A DNA stretch of 64,000 nt from Nemertoderma westbladi (Eukaryota > Animalia > Xenacoelomorpha), in assembly GCA_032718475.1 (NCBI GenBank), contig JAUCBJ010006460.1, positions 1 to 64,000 on the forward strand, written 5' to 3'. Position numbers and translations under genes: made by a program. Shown here one piece after another: positions 12,801-24,056 of the stretch. Positions within the stretch are counted from its first letter, which is position 1, and the number at the start of each line of letters is the position of its first letter. Under the pieces are notes generated by a model. The model had not been told where the DNA came from. It did no database searches and saw nothing but the letters and a program-made list of their open reading frames with translations.

Positions 12801-13538
12801 TAGATCCTTATAGGCTCGGTATAGCGAAATGGCCGCTGCCGTCTCTATCAAACTGGGTATCGAACAGGGTTTAATCTCCGTATACGGATCTAATGTCGTA
12901 ACGGTCGGCGTAATGGGTCTCGGAGGTCGCTTTCCGCTGAAGTCGATACTGATCATCGGGTTGCTCATCGGGTAACCTCCCTCGTTGTATCTAAGGAACT
13001 GGTGAGCTGGACATCGCGTTAATATCGGTTCTGGATGTTGCTCGTCTAGTCGATCGGAAATCGCTACGTCTTGCTTATTCATGCATTCACCACACTTGTA
13101 GAACAGCTTGTACACGCTGAAGACCTTCGGCGTCTCCTGATCCTCGCCTCGAGTCCTCCGGTACAGATGCATTCCGTCGAACTGATCTCGGACTGCAGGT
13201 AGAGGTTCTTCGTGTCGTAAATACATATTCATATGGTACAGTCGTGCGATCTCCTCATCCGGGTCTGCACTAATGTCACATACATCCAAAGCGAAGTCGT
13301 AGGGATACCGAGTGCGATACTCTCTCCGCAAAACTTCCATCCGGTCCCCCAACGCTCTCATTCTTTCCCTCCGTAATTCCTTATCATAAGTCGGTTTATA
13401 TTTTCCGTTTAGCTCCATCACGGACCGCCCATGGTAGTAAACGTTAGAGTCTTTACATCCTGGTCGCGCGAATGGTAGCTCCGCCTCCTCTCTGGCAGTA
13501 AATCCTCTGCGCGGTTGCGCTCTAATATCCTTCTCCAT
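9833..13538 (-). CDS. Accessory protein (~1230 aa if repaired): DEDD 3'-5' exonuclease-like domain, three CCHC zinc knuckles, RG-rich tail; one frameshift near 11450
   Basis: ExoI FYDNEG, ExoII LPKKVREAILNQDYVKVGSGVQSD, FVDTK, ExoIII W..(x)..LQYYLVLE. Knuckles CKLCGSTRHNLKSC, CRWCNETDHSFHTC, CGYCGVKGHRSARC. The 750-aa and 552-aa ORFs are one frame in copy 2 (59870-60769). Confidence 0.8.
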
Positions 13539-14305
13539 TATGCCTCGCGTATATACATATATATATCACAATAAGTGCCGTTACGTAACCAATTACACAA
13601 ATCAGTTAGATCAGTTACACAGATCAGTTAAATCAGTTAGATGTCGCCGAAAGACAGACCTCCCGACCCCCCCCCCCCCCCCCCCGCTTTCCAGCAGTTC
13701 AGGTTCGACTCTCTAGATCCCGTCTCTTCCTAACTAACTATCCTCTAACCTATTCCCATGCATAGCGCAAAACTTTGGAGATAAACTGGCCGTGACCAAC
13801 TCACTTTTTGATGCCCAAACTACTCCCATTACTCATACTAAACTACAGTAGTTAGAAAGGACCATAGCCACAATACTCGACTATACCAAACCCACAGTTT
13901 TGATAATCGAACATCACACATCACTGCAAACTACTGAGTGGGGTCCATGTACGCCTCTGGTTGCACTGTTGGCACCAATCTGTGGAAGTTGCTAAACTCA
14001 ATTTACACTCCTACGTAATATAGCCATCACCATGGTTTCTAAATGCTATTTTCCAGGCTTCACGACTTTTCAAATTACTGTTTATCTATAGACGAATTTT
14101 AAAACGCGTCTATACACAGCGTCTGGAATTGTCTTGGGTTCACTTCTAATTTTTAAAATTTTAAATTTTCCAAAATATTTTTGAAATAAAATTTTGTTTT
14201 GATACCCACCAGACAAAACTTAACGCAAATCACCACAACCCCGCTCCTATGCATTTCCTTGTATCTGCATACGAGGAATGCATACGAAGTGAGTTGCGTC
14301 TAACA

Positions 14306-15683
14306 CTAATTCTGTTTTGAGGCAGGAGACAAATTATAATCTCCCGTCTCGATACGTGTCTCCTCTAATAACACGATATCTTGGACCGGTCGGTCCAAGG
14401 TGTGTAAACCATTAGTTTTACACTTTTTTGGGTGCGGACACTTGCACCTAATTTTCACAGTGACTGTGCGCACTATGTTTTGCACGTCTGGGTGTGTGTG
14501 CAAGATCACTCCCGTCTCCCAATACTTTCTCTTGACAATAGGCTCGGTTATCAATACGTAATCTCCTCTTTGGAGACTCCGAACCGTTTTGTACCACTTT
14601 GTTCTGGTGGATATGGTGGGAAGATAATATTCCCGCCAATATTCCCAGAATGTGTACGCGACAAATTGAGTCATTTTCCAGCTCTTACGACTATATAGGT
14701 CGGCACTAATGGGTTCTGATGCCGGCACAAGAAATGCTGGACTCTGCATTAGCAAATGATTCGGCGTTAATGCAACACCGTCTGGCAACATAGCTATCGG
14801 CCTCGAGTTTAGTGTATGCTCGATTTCGATGAAAGTTGTAACCAGTTCGTCGTCGGTAAGTTGTTTGTTTACAGGCAATGTTTTGGCAATGGCCTGCTTT
14901 ACAGAGCGAACTAAACGCTCCCAACTTCCTCCTCTCCAAGGACTTTCTGGAGTATTAAATCTCCACTCTACTCTTTGCGGCAAAAGTGCTGCAGAAATTT
15001 CCTTATTCTGTGCCGCTTTATGAGCCGCGTTCAACTCGCTATTCCCTCCGACAAAGTTTGTACCCTTATCAGAGTAGAACGCCTTTACTAGTCCTCTCCT
15101 GGCCATAAATCTCTTTAAGGCCAGGAGCAGAGATTTGGTCGACATGTCTGCCACACGCTCGATGTGTATGGCTCTACTAGCCATGCATGTCAGTAGCAGA
15201 CCCCATCGCTTGTGGGTCAGCCGTCCACTCTTTGCTTCAATCGGACCAAAACAGTCCACCCCTGTGTTCGTAAAGGGTGGGTCATATGCCTGCACTCTCG
15301 CTTCCGGGAGTTCAGCCATCTCCTGTTCCAATACTCTGGCGTTCACCCTCTTGCAAACCAGACAGGCGTCGTACATAGTGCCTACTGCCCTGCTTGGCTG
15401 CAATAGAATGAATCGCTGTCTCGCTGCCGACAAACAGTGTAACCTTCCAACCCGTGATGCAACCTCTTGTGTATATCCCATAGAATCGCTCTTTGCAATT
15501 CTATTGGGTGACTAGGGATTATCACTGGGAACCGAAACTGTGAGTTTATGTCGACAGTCTGAATTCTCGATCTATGACAAATCAAACCCTTATGGATTAA
15601 TGGACTCCATTTTCTAAGGGGTTTATAGAGAACTGGTCGTTGAGCCGATAATAGATGGAATTCTTTCGGGAAGGCACACATTT
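14306..15683 (-). pseudogene. BEL/Pao integrase (HHCC region, DDE core, C-terminal DUF5641-like region), frameshifted near 15460-15510
   Basis: PPFTNTGVDCFGP, SDKGTNFVGG, PWRGGSWERLVRSVK, LNSRP, LTPNHLL, FWEYWREYYL, RPVQDIVLL. Confidence 0.92.
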
Positions 15684-16226
15684 TCAGAATCGACAATATT
15701 CCTTCTCTGTGTATTATTAAGGCGGGGTAGCTCAGTTGGTTGAGCACCGGGCCTGCAATCTAATGATTGTAGGTTCAGCCCCGCCAGGGTCCACTCAGCC
15801 TTTCATCCACTGGGGTCGATAAAATGAGTACCAGTTAAATAACTGGGAGCAAATCTTGGGATAGGAGTAGCGCCCACCCCTACCCTCGGGTAGCAGCTAT
15901 CGAAAGAGGAGCCTTAGGGTCGCCTCCGGCTTCGGCTGACTGTTTGCTTTTGCTTTTTTTGTGTATTATCTGGTTGTCGACGACTTCTTTAACTTTATCA
16001 AAATCCCCAACTTGATTTTCCGATTTATCCTTAGTTTGAGTTTCACGTATAATTCTTGTGTATGATGCATAACAATCATCATGGACACACACACCTTTGG
16101 CAATTAAATTTACACTTTGTAACTCCAAGAGTAATTTAGAATCGTTTCGTTGCAAAGCAGCATCTTTTACTCTTTTATCGGCATCAAGAGTTAAAATCCG
16201 GTGAGCAGATTTCCATTTACCTTTAA
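15684..16226 (-). pseudogene. Academ transposase, N-terminal region part 2 (split by the SINE)
   Basis: KDAALQRNDSKLL..NLIAKGVCVHDDCYASY (Academ-type DLIA.E..YH..CY motif). The frame is restored across both the Kolobok and the SINE insertions. Confidence 0.7.
15718..15959 (+). mobile_element. tRNA-derived SINE with a Nin/Deu-like central domain
   Basis: A box TAGCTCAGTTGG and degenerate B box GGTTCAG. Core CTCAGCCTTTCATCC..GGGGTCGATAAAATGAGTACC. (TTTGC)n/T tail. 10-bp TSD TGTGTATTAT (15708-15717 and 15960-15969). Confidence 0.85.
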
Positions 16227-17335
16227 GGTGGCTCAACATGAAAAATTGAAAAAAACTAAAAAAAAAATATTCCTATAGATTTTAACTCTAAATGATAAAT
16301 ATTTGTGTTGGACATGTTTTGGTGGCATCAGGATAATCATTTCATGCACCAGAGACCCATATAAGCATGAAATGTTCATTAGCGGTAATGTAAATTTGCG
16401 ATTTAAACGTCATTTTCTGCCGCTTGCATTTATCGCGTGCCAGTTTCATTCATGTACCTATTCCTCAAAAACTACTGAAGGAAGATGTATGAAATTTTGG
16501 GACCTTGTACAGAATTTCCAGATCTTTCTTAATGGCCTCAATGACATAAATCCATCAATGTGTTTGGGTTTGCCAATGTTTCAAACTCAAAAAATTATTT
16601 TTGACTTTGAGACCGTGGCAAGCACAACCACATTGATGAATCTATGTCATTGAGGCCATTTAGAAAGAGCTGGAAATTCTGTACAAGGTCCCAAAATTTC
16701 ATAACTATACCTTCAGTAGTTTTTGGAAAGAGGTGCATGAATGACAACTGCACACGACAAATGCAAGCGGCAGAAAAAACATGTTTAAAGTTCAGTGAAT
16801 ATGTAAACTTTAATACATTCGATCATACAATTATTTTCATTCGATCATACAATTATTTTACAATGTAAAAACACAATTATATTTATAGCAAACAGCAACT
16901 ATATAACTAAGGAGCATGGAGTATATCAAATACATAAAGTGGTCTAGAACATTCCACTATCATATGTTTTCGGCCCAGTAGGAAGTTTTCGTTTCCGCCT
17001 TTGTCGCCATAGAATTCTAGACTGGCGCTCTAATTTGGATATTTTCCGGTCAGCCTGCAGGATTCGCTTTCGGTCAAATGTCTGAAAATCCTTAACCGTT
17101 TTCTTTGAACTACTGACAAGTTGGTCTAGGACACCAACTCGTCCTTGATAACCGTCATTGAAGCATATAACTGCATCATTTATGCCAATAGAGAGAGCTT
17201 GTTTACTAATGAAGACCCTCTTCGGGCATCGGCTCCAAGCGAGATTATTGAGGCCTTCATTCCGATTTTGTGTCTGACCATGAAGGCATTTAGATAACAT
17301 TTCCGGTTCTGACAATGCCTTGTAGATAGGTTTAA

Positions 17336-18889
17336 CCCTATTATACCCGGGGGGGGGTCAATATGACCCCCCCCGTGGTTTTTTTATTATAATTCTGAAA
17401 CATACGCAGTTGGGAATCTGAAACTTTATGACTTTTCCTAAAAATCTATTGTCTTCGTGGTAGTGAAAACCGTTTTCAAAAATATTCGGTACTTTTCGAG
17501 TTATAGCACCATTTTTAAACCCTACTTTTGGCACTTTTTTTGAGACGTTTTTTGAAAATTACATTTCATTAAATATGAATTGTAACATCTCTATTTTTGA
17601 TTTACACCGGTTTTTTGGTCTTAGAAATTGGATGGAATTCATATAAATTGATTTAGAAATTTCAAACTTGTTTTTTTCGATGGGTGCCAAATTTTGGTGC
17701 CAGCACCAAATTTTGAAATAAGTCAATTTTGTAAATTGATTGTTTGAAACTTGTTTTTTACGCAATTGGGGTTTTTTGAGGTTCTGGATTCGATGAAATA
17801 TATACGAGTTGAACCAAGCGTATCAAACTTGTATTTTTCGGTGCTGTGTGCTAATTTTGGTGCTAGCACGAAATTTTGAAACTCCATTCAATATATAAAA
17901 TTGCTTGTGACAATTCATTTCTTGCGTTTTAGAGGTTTATGGCTGTTCTGAATTCAATGGAAAATATAATTATCGAACTAGACATCTCAAACTTGTATTT
18001 TTCGGATGTGGGTGCAAAATGTGGTGCTAGCACCAAATTTTGAAAACCATCAAATATATCAATTGATTGTGTCACCTTGTTTCTTGCGTTATGCGGGTTT
18101 GTGATGGTTCTGAATTCAATGGAATCAGTAAAAATTTCATAAGAGTTCTCAAACTTGTATTTTTCGCCGGTGGGTGAAAATTGTTGTGCCAGCACCAAAT
18201 TTTGGAAAATATGCAAATTGATAAGTAGATAGTATCACCTTGTTTCTTGCGTTATACGGGTTTATGAGGGTCCTGAATCCGATGGAATCAATAAAAACAG
18301 CACTGGACTTCGCAAACTTGTACTTTTTGGTGATGGGTACGAAATTTGGTGCTAGCACCAAAATTTGCTAAATTACGCCGAAAAATACAAGTAGCAATGA
18401 TCTGGCATATTAGAAATGTATTCCATTAGAATCAGCGCCCTCGAAAACCTGAAAATGTGAATTTATAGCATCGTATAAGTGAATTAAAAATTTTGTGTTC
18501 TAACTGAAAAGTGCTGGTTACTTGTTTTTTTCATTTTTTTCCTACGCAGAGAGGACTAAACAGCCATTTATAGTAATCATATCATTTTTAAATATTTTCC
18601 AATGTATTTTGCACCCCAAAAAACCTGTATTGAAAAATAATTAGCCGAAAATGTAACTTTCAAATTTTGTGAAAATTGTGCACTACTTGTAATTTTGGTG
18701 CTGCAATATAACCACCCCAGTACATTTTTTCGAAAATTTTTTTTTTTCGATCGGATCCAGACAAGTGATACCTACGTACAAACAAAAAATCAGATGTTTT
18801 CGTAAATATTTGTAGATTTTAGAGGGGGGGGGTCAATATGACCCCCTCCCGGTATTTGTACAACATTTTATAGCCCGGTACTAATAGGG
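17336..18889 (-). mobile_element. piggyBac-type MITE, copy 2 (uninterrupted, 1554 bp)
   Basis: TTAA on both sides and CCCTATT/AATAGGG ends. Excision restores the Kolobok frame DAIKPIYKAL. Confidence 0.88.
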
Positions 18890-19180
18890 TTAATGGCATC
18901 AGTCACAGCACGTGGTAGTGAGTTTCTGTGTACATAACATTTACCTTATTTCTGTGCCTGTTTAAACTTGCACCATCGATCAGAACATAACTAATGGCTT
19001 GGACTCTTGTCGGTAGAGCACGTATGAAAGAAAGATGCCCATATAGCCTTCTTCATTTCCCGAACAGAGGAGTTGTTTTCCCTTATGGCTCTACCATAAT
19101 AGAGCTGGAGACTATCAATCTTGTCATCAGTCAGACGACCTCTTTCCCCTATCACTTTTTTGTCAGCCAGTTTCTTCCTT

Positions 19181-20550
19181 ACTCTATGGTTCTTTTCGGA
19201 GAATCTCATTGATCTCGATTGCTGCAAAGCTATACAATAGGATTCTATTAAATCGCATCAGGGATCCCATTGAGAGACTGCTCCGTGGAAGTCAGAATGG
19301 GTTCCGTAAAGGTCGTGGGACCATTGTGCCCATTTTGGCACTTAGAAGGATAATTGAAGAATTATCAAAAAAGAAAGACAGGCATCTGGCTGTTATCTTT
19401 GTTGACTTCTTCAAGGCCTTTGATTCAGTCTCTCGGTCACGTATGTTCAGCATACTTTCATTATATGGGATTCTTGATGAAATTATTGCAGCAATCAGAT
19501 CAATATACGATGGTTCGACAACATTTGTGTCTACTGTTGACGGTGACACAGAACCATTTGAAGTGTTATGGGGCGTCCTCCAAGGAGACACACTTGCACC
19601 ATTCTTGTTCATTATTGTGGTTGACTATGTTCTACGCATGTCCTTAGATCATCATAATGATGATGGGGTGATGATAACTCCACCTACTGGCTCCAGGAAA
19701 TCCTGCCAAGTACCTAACTGATCTAGACTTTGCTGATGACTTAGGAGTACTCTCAGAATCATTAGAGGGAGCCCAACGGCTCCTCAGCTCATTAGAACAT
19801 GCTGCTTCTAGTGTTGGTCTTTTTATTAACTCCAGAAAGACCAAAATTCTGACAGTTAACTTTGAAAGTCCTCAGCAAGTCTCTGATCGGATGAGCATAA
19901 GCTCAAAGGATGGTATGCTTGAGCATGTGGACGACTTCTGTTACCTGGGATCATGGATCCGGAAGTCAGGTGAGGACCTTCGAATACGTAAGGGAAAGGC
20001 ATAGGCAGCCTTGAATAGGCTTTCCAGGATTTGGAAGTCACCTAGAATTAATCGGAAACTTAAGGTTCGATTATTTAGAGCAGCAGTAGTTCCAGTACTC
20101 CTCTATGGGAGTCCATGCTGGGCTCTAACTGCTGAGGACACCAAATCTCTGGATGGCACATTCACAAGAATGCTACGCCGGGTTCATTGTGTCAAGTACA
20201 ATGCACACATCTCCAACCAGACACTATATAACATTGGAGGTGTCTCATTGGTTCCCCCAAGCTTGACACTAGAACAAAATCGCCTCCGCTTTGCAGGACA
20301 TTTCTTTCGCCGTGAGGACCAGCCAGTGCATAATCTTGTACTTTGGCAGCCTCATGGAGTGAATAAGCATGGTGGACAGCCCATGACTTTCTTGAGACGC
20401 ATCCTAAAGGACACTGGCCTTAAAGATGCGGATGATCTACCAAATGTCATGGGTGATAGGGAGTTGTGGCGGTGCAATTTTGTTGACAAGCAGGCACAGC
20501 ATTCTTAAAAATGCAGCTGCAATGCAGCATGCCGATCCTAGTAGTACTAG
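19181..20550 (+). mobile_element. 5'-truncated RTE-like non-LTR retrotransposon (RT C-terminal half), frameshifted
   Basis: QNGFRKGR, FVDFFKAFDSV, GVLQGDTLAPFLF, DLDFADD, LLYGS..W.LT, RLRFAGH. Short 3' UTR with a (TAG)n-like tail. TSD TCCTT (19176-19180 and 20551-20555). Confidence 0.88.
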
Positions 20551-22394
20551 TCCTTCCAAGATCCTTCTTCAGGGTACGGAGCCGTGAACCGAGTCTCTTT
20601 TGGACATGTCCTACACATTCTAACTTGGTTATCTCTTTTTCTTTATAAGGTTTTGCCTCTTTTACATTGGAAAAGGTTGATGTATCCCCATCCCCAAGGT
20701 AGGCCTACTCAACATATGCAAGGCCTCTGTCATTCATGGATCTATTATAGATATTGAGAGCCCCAACAACCCCCATTCCTCCACTTGACCCACTGTAATT
20801 GCTAGTACATTTGTTTGGTAGAGGGTTATCTTCCCTAGAACAGGTTCGACAGAACTTCGACAATATTTCAACATCCAATACCTTCCCTGTGTCCATACTT
20901 ATACAAGAAACAAACCCATTGAGAGTACTGTATCCTCGCCTTTGCCACGACCCGCCAAAAGATGTACCTGTATCACTACTACCATCATTAGCATCCTTTA
21001 CTTCACCTGCAGCCCTTTTCATTGACTTCAATGATTCAATCTTCACTGCACTTTCAATAGCCGTATTATACGATATTATATTTGATGGTGGAAGAGGTAA
21101 GCCCAAAACTGCTGCATATATTTTGGCAGGCTCCAGCCCAACTCCAACACATCTTCATACGCAAGTTAAGCTCAAACAACCTTGAATGTGAATGGCTATA
21201 GTTAGATGAACTAAATGACTCAGGGGCAATTCTATGAGGTTAGCAATATCTACATCTAAGTTCAAAGGTCTCACAGAATCCACTACTGGTAGGTGAAGGA
21301 ACAGTGTGGACAGAAATACTATCCTTTCGTTTGCAAGTTTTGCAAATTGCAGATTTACCTAGTGCTTTATTGAGTATGGACAGATCAATGATATGGAAGG
21401 TTGATGGTGGAGTATTATTATCTTTGGGATTGGGTGGATCCACATACCTCAGTTTTGATCTGCTAGCACTACTTGTTGGTACAGCTATGATGGGTGCACT
21501 TTCATCACTTTGAACATCTATAAAAAGTGGCAATACTCATTATAATAAGTAGTACTTGCTTGTAAATATGTAAATAATATAACATATGCTAAAACTGTTA
21601 CCTAAGCATAACCCGTATGATAGCTTATATTGAGGTTTGAGGCCATCTATTTTTTTTGGTGTTTTTGGGGTTTTTGTGGTATTTTGGGACAAATTATTAT
21701 TGTCATATCCAACTACTGGTGGATATGACAATAATAATAATAATAAGGCTGTTATCTTAGAAGAAAAAAAGTCATAAATCCACTAATACAGACAAATTAT
21801 AATGTTATTCACAAACTAACTTGATCAAGAGCAGCCCTATTGTACCTTCAATGATTATCAAACCGGACATCTACCTACTTTTACTTACTTACCAACGGGT
21901 TTGTCATCCAGCTTCTTCACATGTTGATTACCGAGAAATTTATGATGTTTGTATGTGCTTGTACCGCGAGACATTCTCTTGGTATTAGGCGCACCATATA
22001 CAATTATAAATTAATACACCTACAGCAGCATACCAGCCGAGCTCAAAGTAACTCAAGCAACCGAAATCCGCAGTGTGCTGCAATAGGCCTACCAGATGTA
22101 TAAGAAAGACTGTAAATTCAACTTTGAATTTCCCTCTACTTTGTAAAGTGTGGAAAATAACATAGATTTGTCTCTTTCGCAACAATATTCTTATGAAGCA
22201 AAAAATAGACTTGGCGGTGACTTTTATTAGGGGCGGGTGTGTTCGGACAACTTTCACAAAAGACGTCATAACTTTTGACAGAGTGACATTCATTGAATAT
22301 AACTTACATATTCGGAATCTCCATTAAATTGTGGTTTAGAATCCATGATAAAAAAATATTTGATTTTTATATTTATTTTTCATGTTGAGCCACC

Positions 22395-22843
22395 TTAAAA
22401 TACCTTCGCCTTTTGTGACAAAAAATGCAAGAATCCGGGAATAAGTCGCGCGAATACTCCTTATCTCGACGATAACGCTTCGGCCTATCCGAATTCCCTC
22501 CCAGCATGATGAAATTCTCGTTATCCTGACTCTTTCTTTTTGTGCTGATAGAAATAATTTTAGTAAATTTTTTATAGCATGTGTCAGCATGAAGTCCATG
22601 CTCTTCAGTACTGTAATTATCAATTGGAATAGACTCACATTGGTCCAAATGGTTATTTTCTGGTACTGCATTATTGATTCTCAAAGTGCGAGCTTGCAAA
22701 ATTTGTTGGTATTGATGCTGAGTAATTTGTTTTGTAGGTATGTTGATGTCTTTATAGTGTACAATGCAAACTGGTTTGGATGTCATCATTATAAATAATG
22801 TATAGAGTATAGTATACACTTTTCTAAGATTTAGTACATCCAT
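22395..22843 (-). pseudogene. Academ transposase N-terminus
   Basis: CIVHY..., H.DTCYKKFT, LFPDSCIFCHK. Continues in frame at 16222 once the Kolobok element is removed. Confidence 0.7.
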
Positions 22844-22950
22844 ATTCCATAATGTATTTTATATTCAATATACAGTATAAACTGTTCTAAAAATATCAGC
22901 TATTTTTTAACAGTTCCGCATTGCACTACATTTTTATAACATAAGTCACT

Positions 22951-23168
22951 GTTACCATGGCAACATTGTAGAGTTCTAGAACACAAAATATATAATATAC
23001 ACTATTCTAGAACATAAATAATATAAAAAATATAACGTTCTAGAATATATAGCTTGTTATTTTTCAAATTTAAAATAGCTACTATAAAGATATACAATTA
23101 ATATAAAAAAAAATTTTGTTCTAGAACAAAATGTTTATATTAAATTAATAGATAATATGTTCTAGAAC
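22951..23168. promoter_or_regulatory. RFX X-box and five TTCTAGAA (HSE-like) palindromes upstream of the Academ ORF
   Basis: GTTACCATGGCAAC at 22951-22964; TTCTAGAA near 22974, 23005, 23038, 23119 and 23160. Motif match only. Confidence 0.4.
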
Positions 23169-23480
23169 ATTAAAAGTAATAAAAACTAGCTAGTATAACA
23201 AATTTGGGGGGGGGGGGTGTGCACAAAACACACTAGTACCACCATCCACGGTGGACGGCCTTCACATACGATCGCTGCGAATATAAGTATTAAATAGCTA
23301 ACATGTTTAAAAACATCGGCGGTACATACTGTAAACTACTAACTCTTATTAAAAAAAAAACACAGGGGGCTGCTTTAAAACGACTTGATTGTGCCTGCGT
23401 GTTTAGTGTATACAGTCAGTCGCCTAGAAACTACACAACGCCAGGTAATACATGTAAGGGAGTGCCGTTCACAGAATAGT

Positions 23481-24056
23481 TAGTTACCTTAGTAACTGTA
23501 GTAAATATTTCCAAATGTCAGAGAGTACACTTTCTCTGAATATTCTCTGATTATCGTTTCGACTGATTATCGCTAATTGACTAGGAGGATTTAGTACTCA
23601 TCCAAAATGAGTTGCGTTGGTGAATGCAGAAATAATTAGCGCAAATTTTGATACAAGTTTGAATGTGTTAAACCAAAGTAGCTACATTTTATGGCAGTTA
23701 ATGTAAATGTTGGATTCTTAAAAAAAGTGAATGTATTTTGTTCTCATGTAAATTTATCGCATTTAAAAAATAAAAGTGGCTATATATTTGTATTTAAATT
23801 AATCGCCGGTCTTCCCTCTATAAGAAAAATGTTCATTTGAAAAAAATGATTGCATTTATATTCAACCAGAGGGCCCAACATAGAGTTAGGTAGGGGTCGG
23901 CTAGCTAGCTTGTTTTTGGCCTGTAGTTCTAGAATGCAAATTAGCTATACCGATCACCAACTGTGTTCTGACGTCTAACATGGTCCTCCATCCAAAAATA
24001 ATAGTCTCGTTAATTTACCGAAGGTATTGCGCTTAACGCCGCCAGAGCCCGTACTA
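23481..24056. repeat. Academ right terminal inverted repeat
   Basis: Reverse complement of 1130-1708. Confidence 0.9.

Larger units (their letters stand above)
7372..15683 (-). mobile_element. BEL/Pao LTR retrotransposon 'family A', copy 1 (5'-truncated: integrase, accessory ORF, 3' LTR)
   Basis: BEL-type integrase, ~770-bp spacer, accessory ORF, 3' UTR, GGAGCGG purine tract, then TGTTAC. Colinear with 55990-62600. Interrupts the Academ reading frame (..ILSILK | YGTGFG..). Confidence 0.85.
16944..21533 (-). pseudogene. Kolobok (Mutator-like DDE) transposase, disrupted
   Basis: SF(D>G)GSWQRRGYSTLNG..TGKVLDVEILSKFC..C, GDGDTS, KLECVGHVQKR, GRLTDDKID.LQ.YYG.AIR, CLHGQTQNRNEGLN. Interrupted by the LINE and the MITE. 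Confidence 0.85.
16227..22394 (-). mobile_element. Kolobok DNA transposon
   Basis: TTAA|GGTGGCTCAACATGAAAAA...TTTTTCATGTTGAGCCACC|TTAA (TTAA target, RR..YY ends). Removing it restores the Academ frame RRYFK-GKWK. Confidence 0.85.
1130..24056 (-). mobile_element. Academ (AcademX-type) DNA transposon with nested insertions
   Basis: ~580-bp TIRs starting TAGTACGGG and ending CCCGTACTA. 3-bp TTT duplication relative to the intact LTR at 33431-33445. Transposase fragments with XPG-like motifs (HAFTGNDQVSSFFGKSK; MPPC..L.LHIKRANY..YLW). TAG termini, long TIRs and a 3-4 bp TSD fit Academ. Confidence 0.85.

Noticed and set aside
9833-13538. Envelope gene
   Set aside because: No signal peptide, transmembrane helix or fusion-protein cysteine pattern; the cysteines form CCHC knuckles.
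13667-13685. Long poly-C/G runs (also 24474, 33853, 36075, 62075) as functional G-quadruplex sites
   Set aside because: The run is absent from family A copy 2, and similar runs vary in length between MITE copies; slippage or sequencing error suffices.
15721-15790. Functional tRNA gene
   Set aside because: Degenerate T arm; it continues into a SINE core and tail within a TSD.
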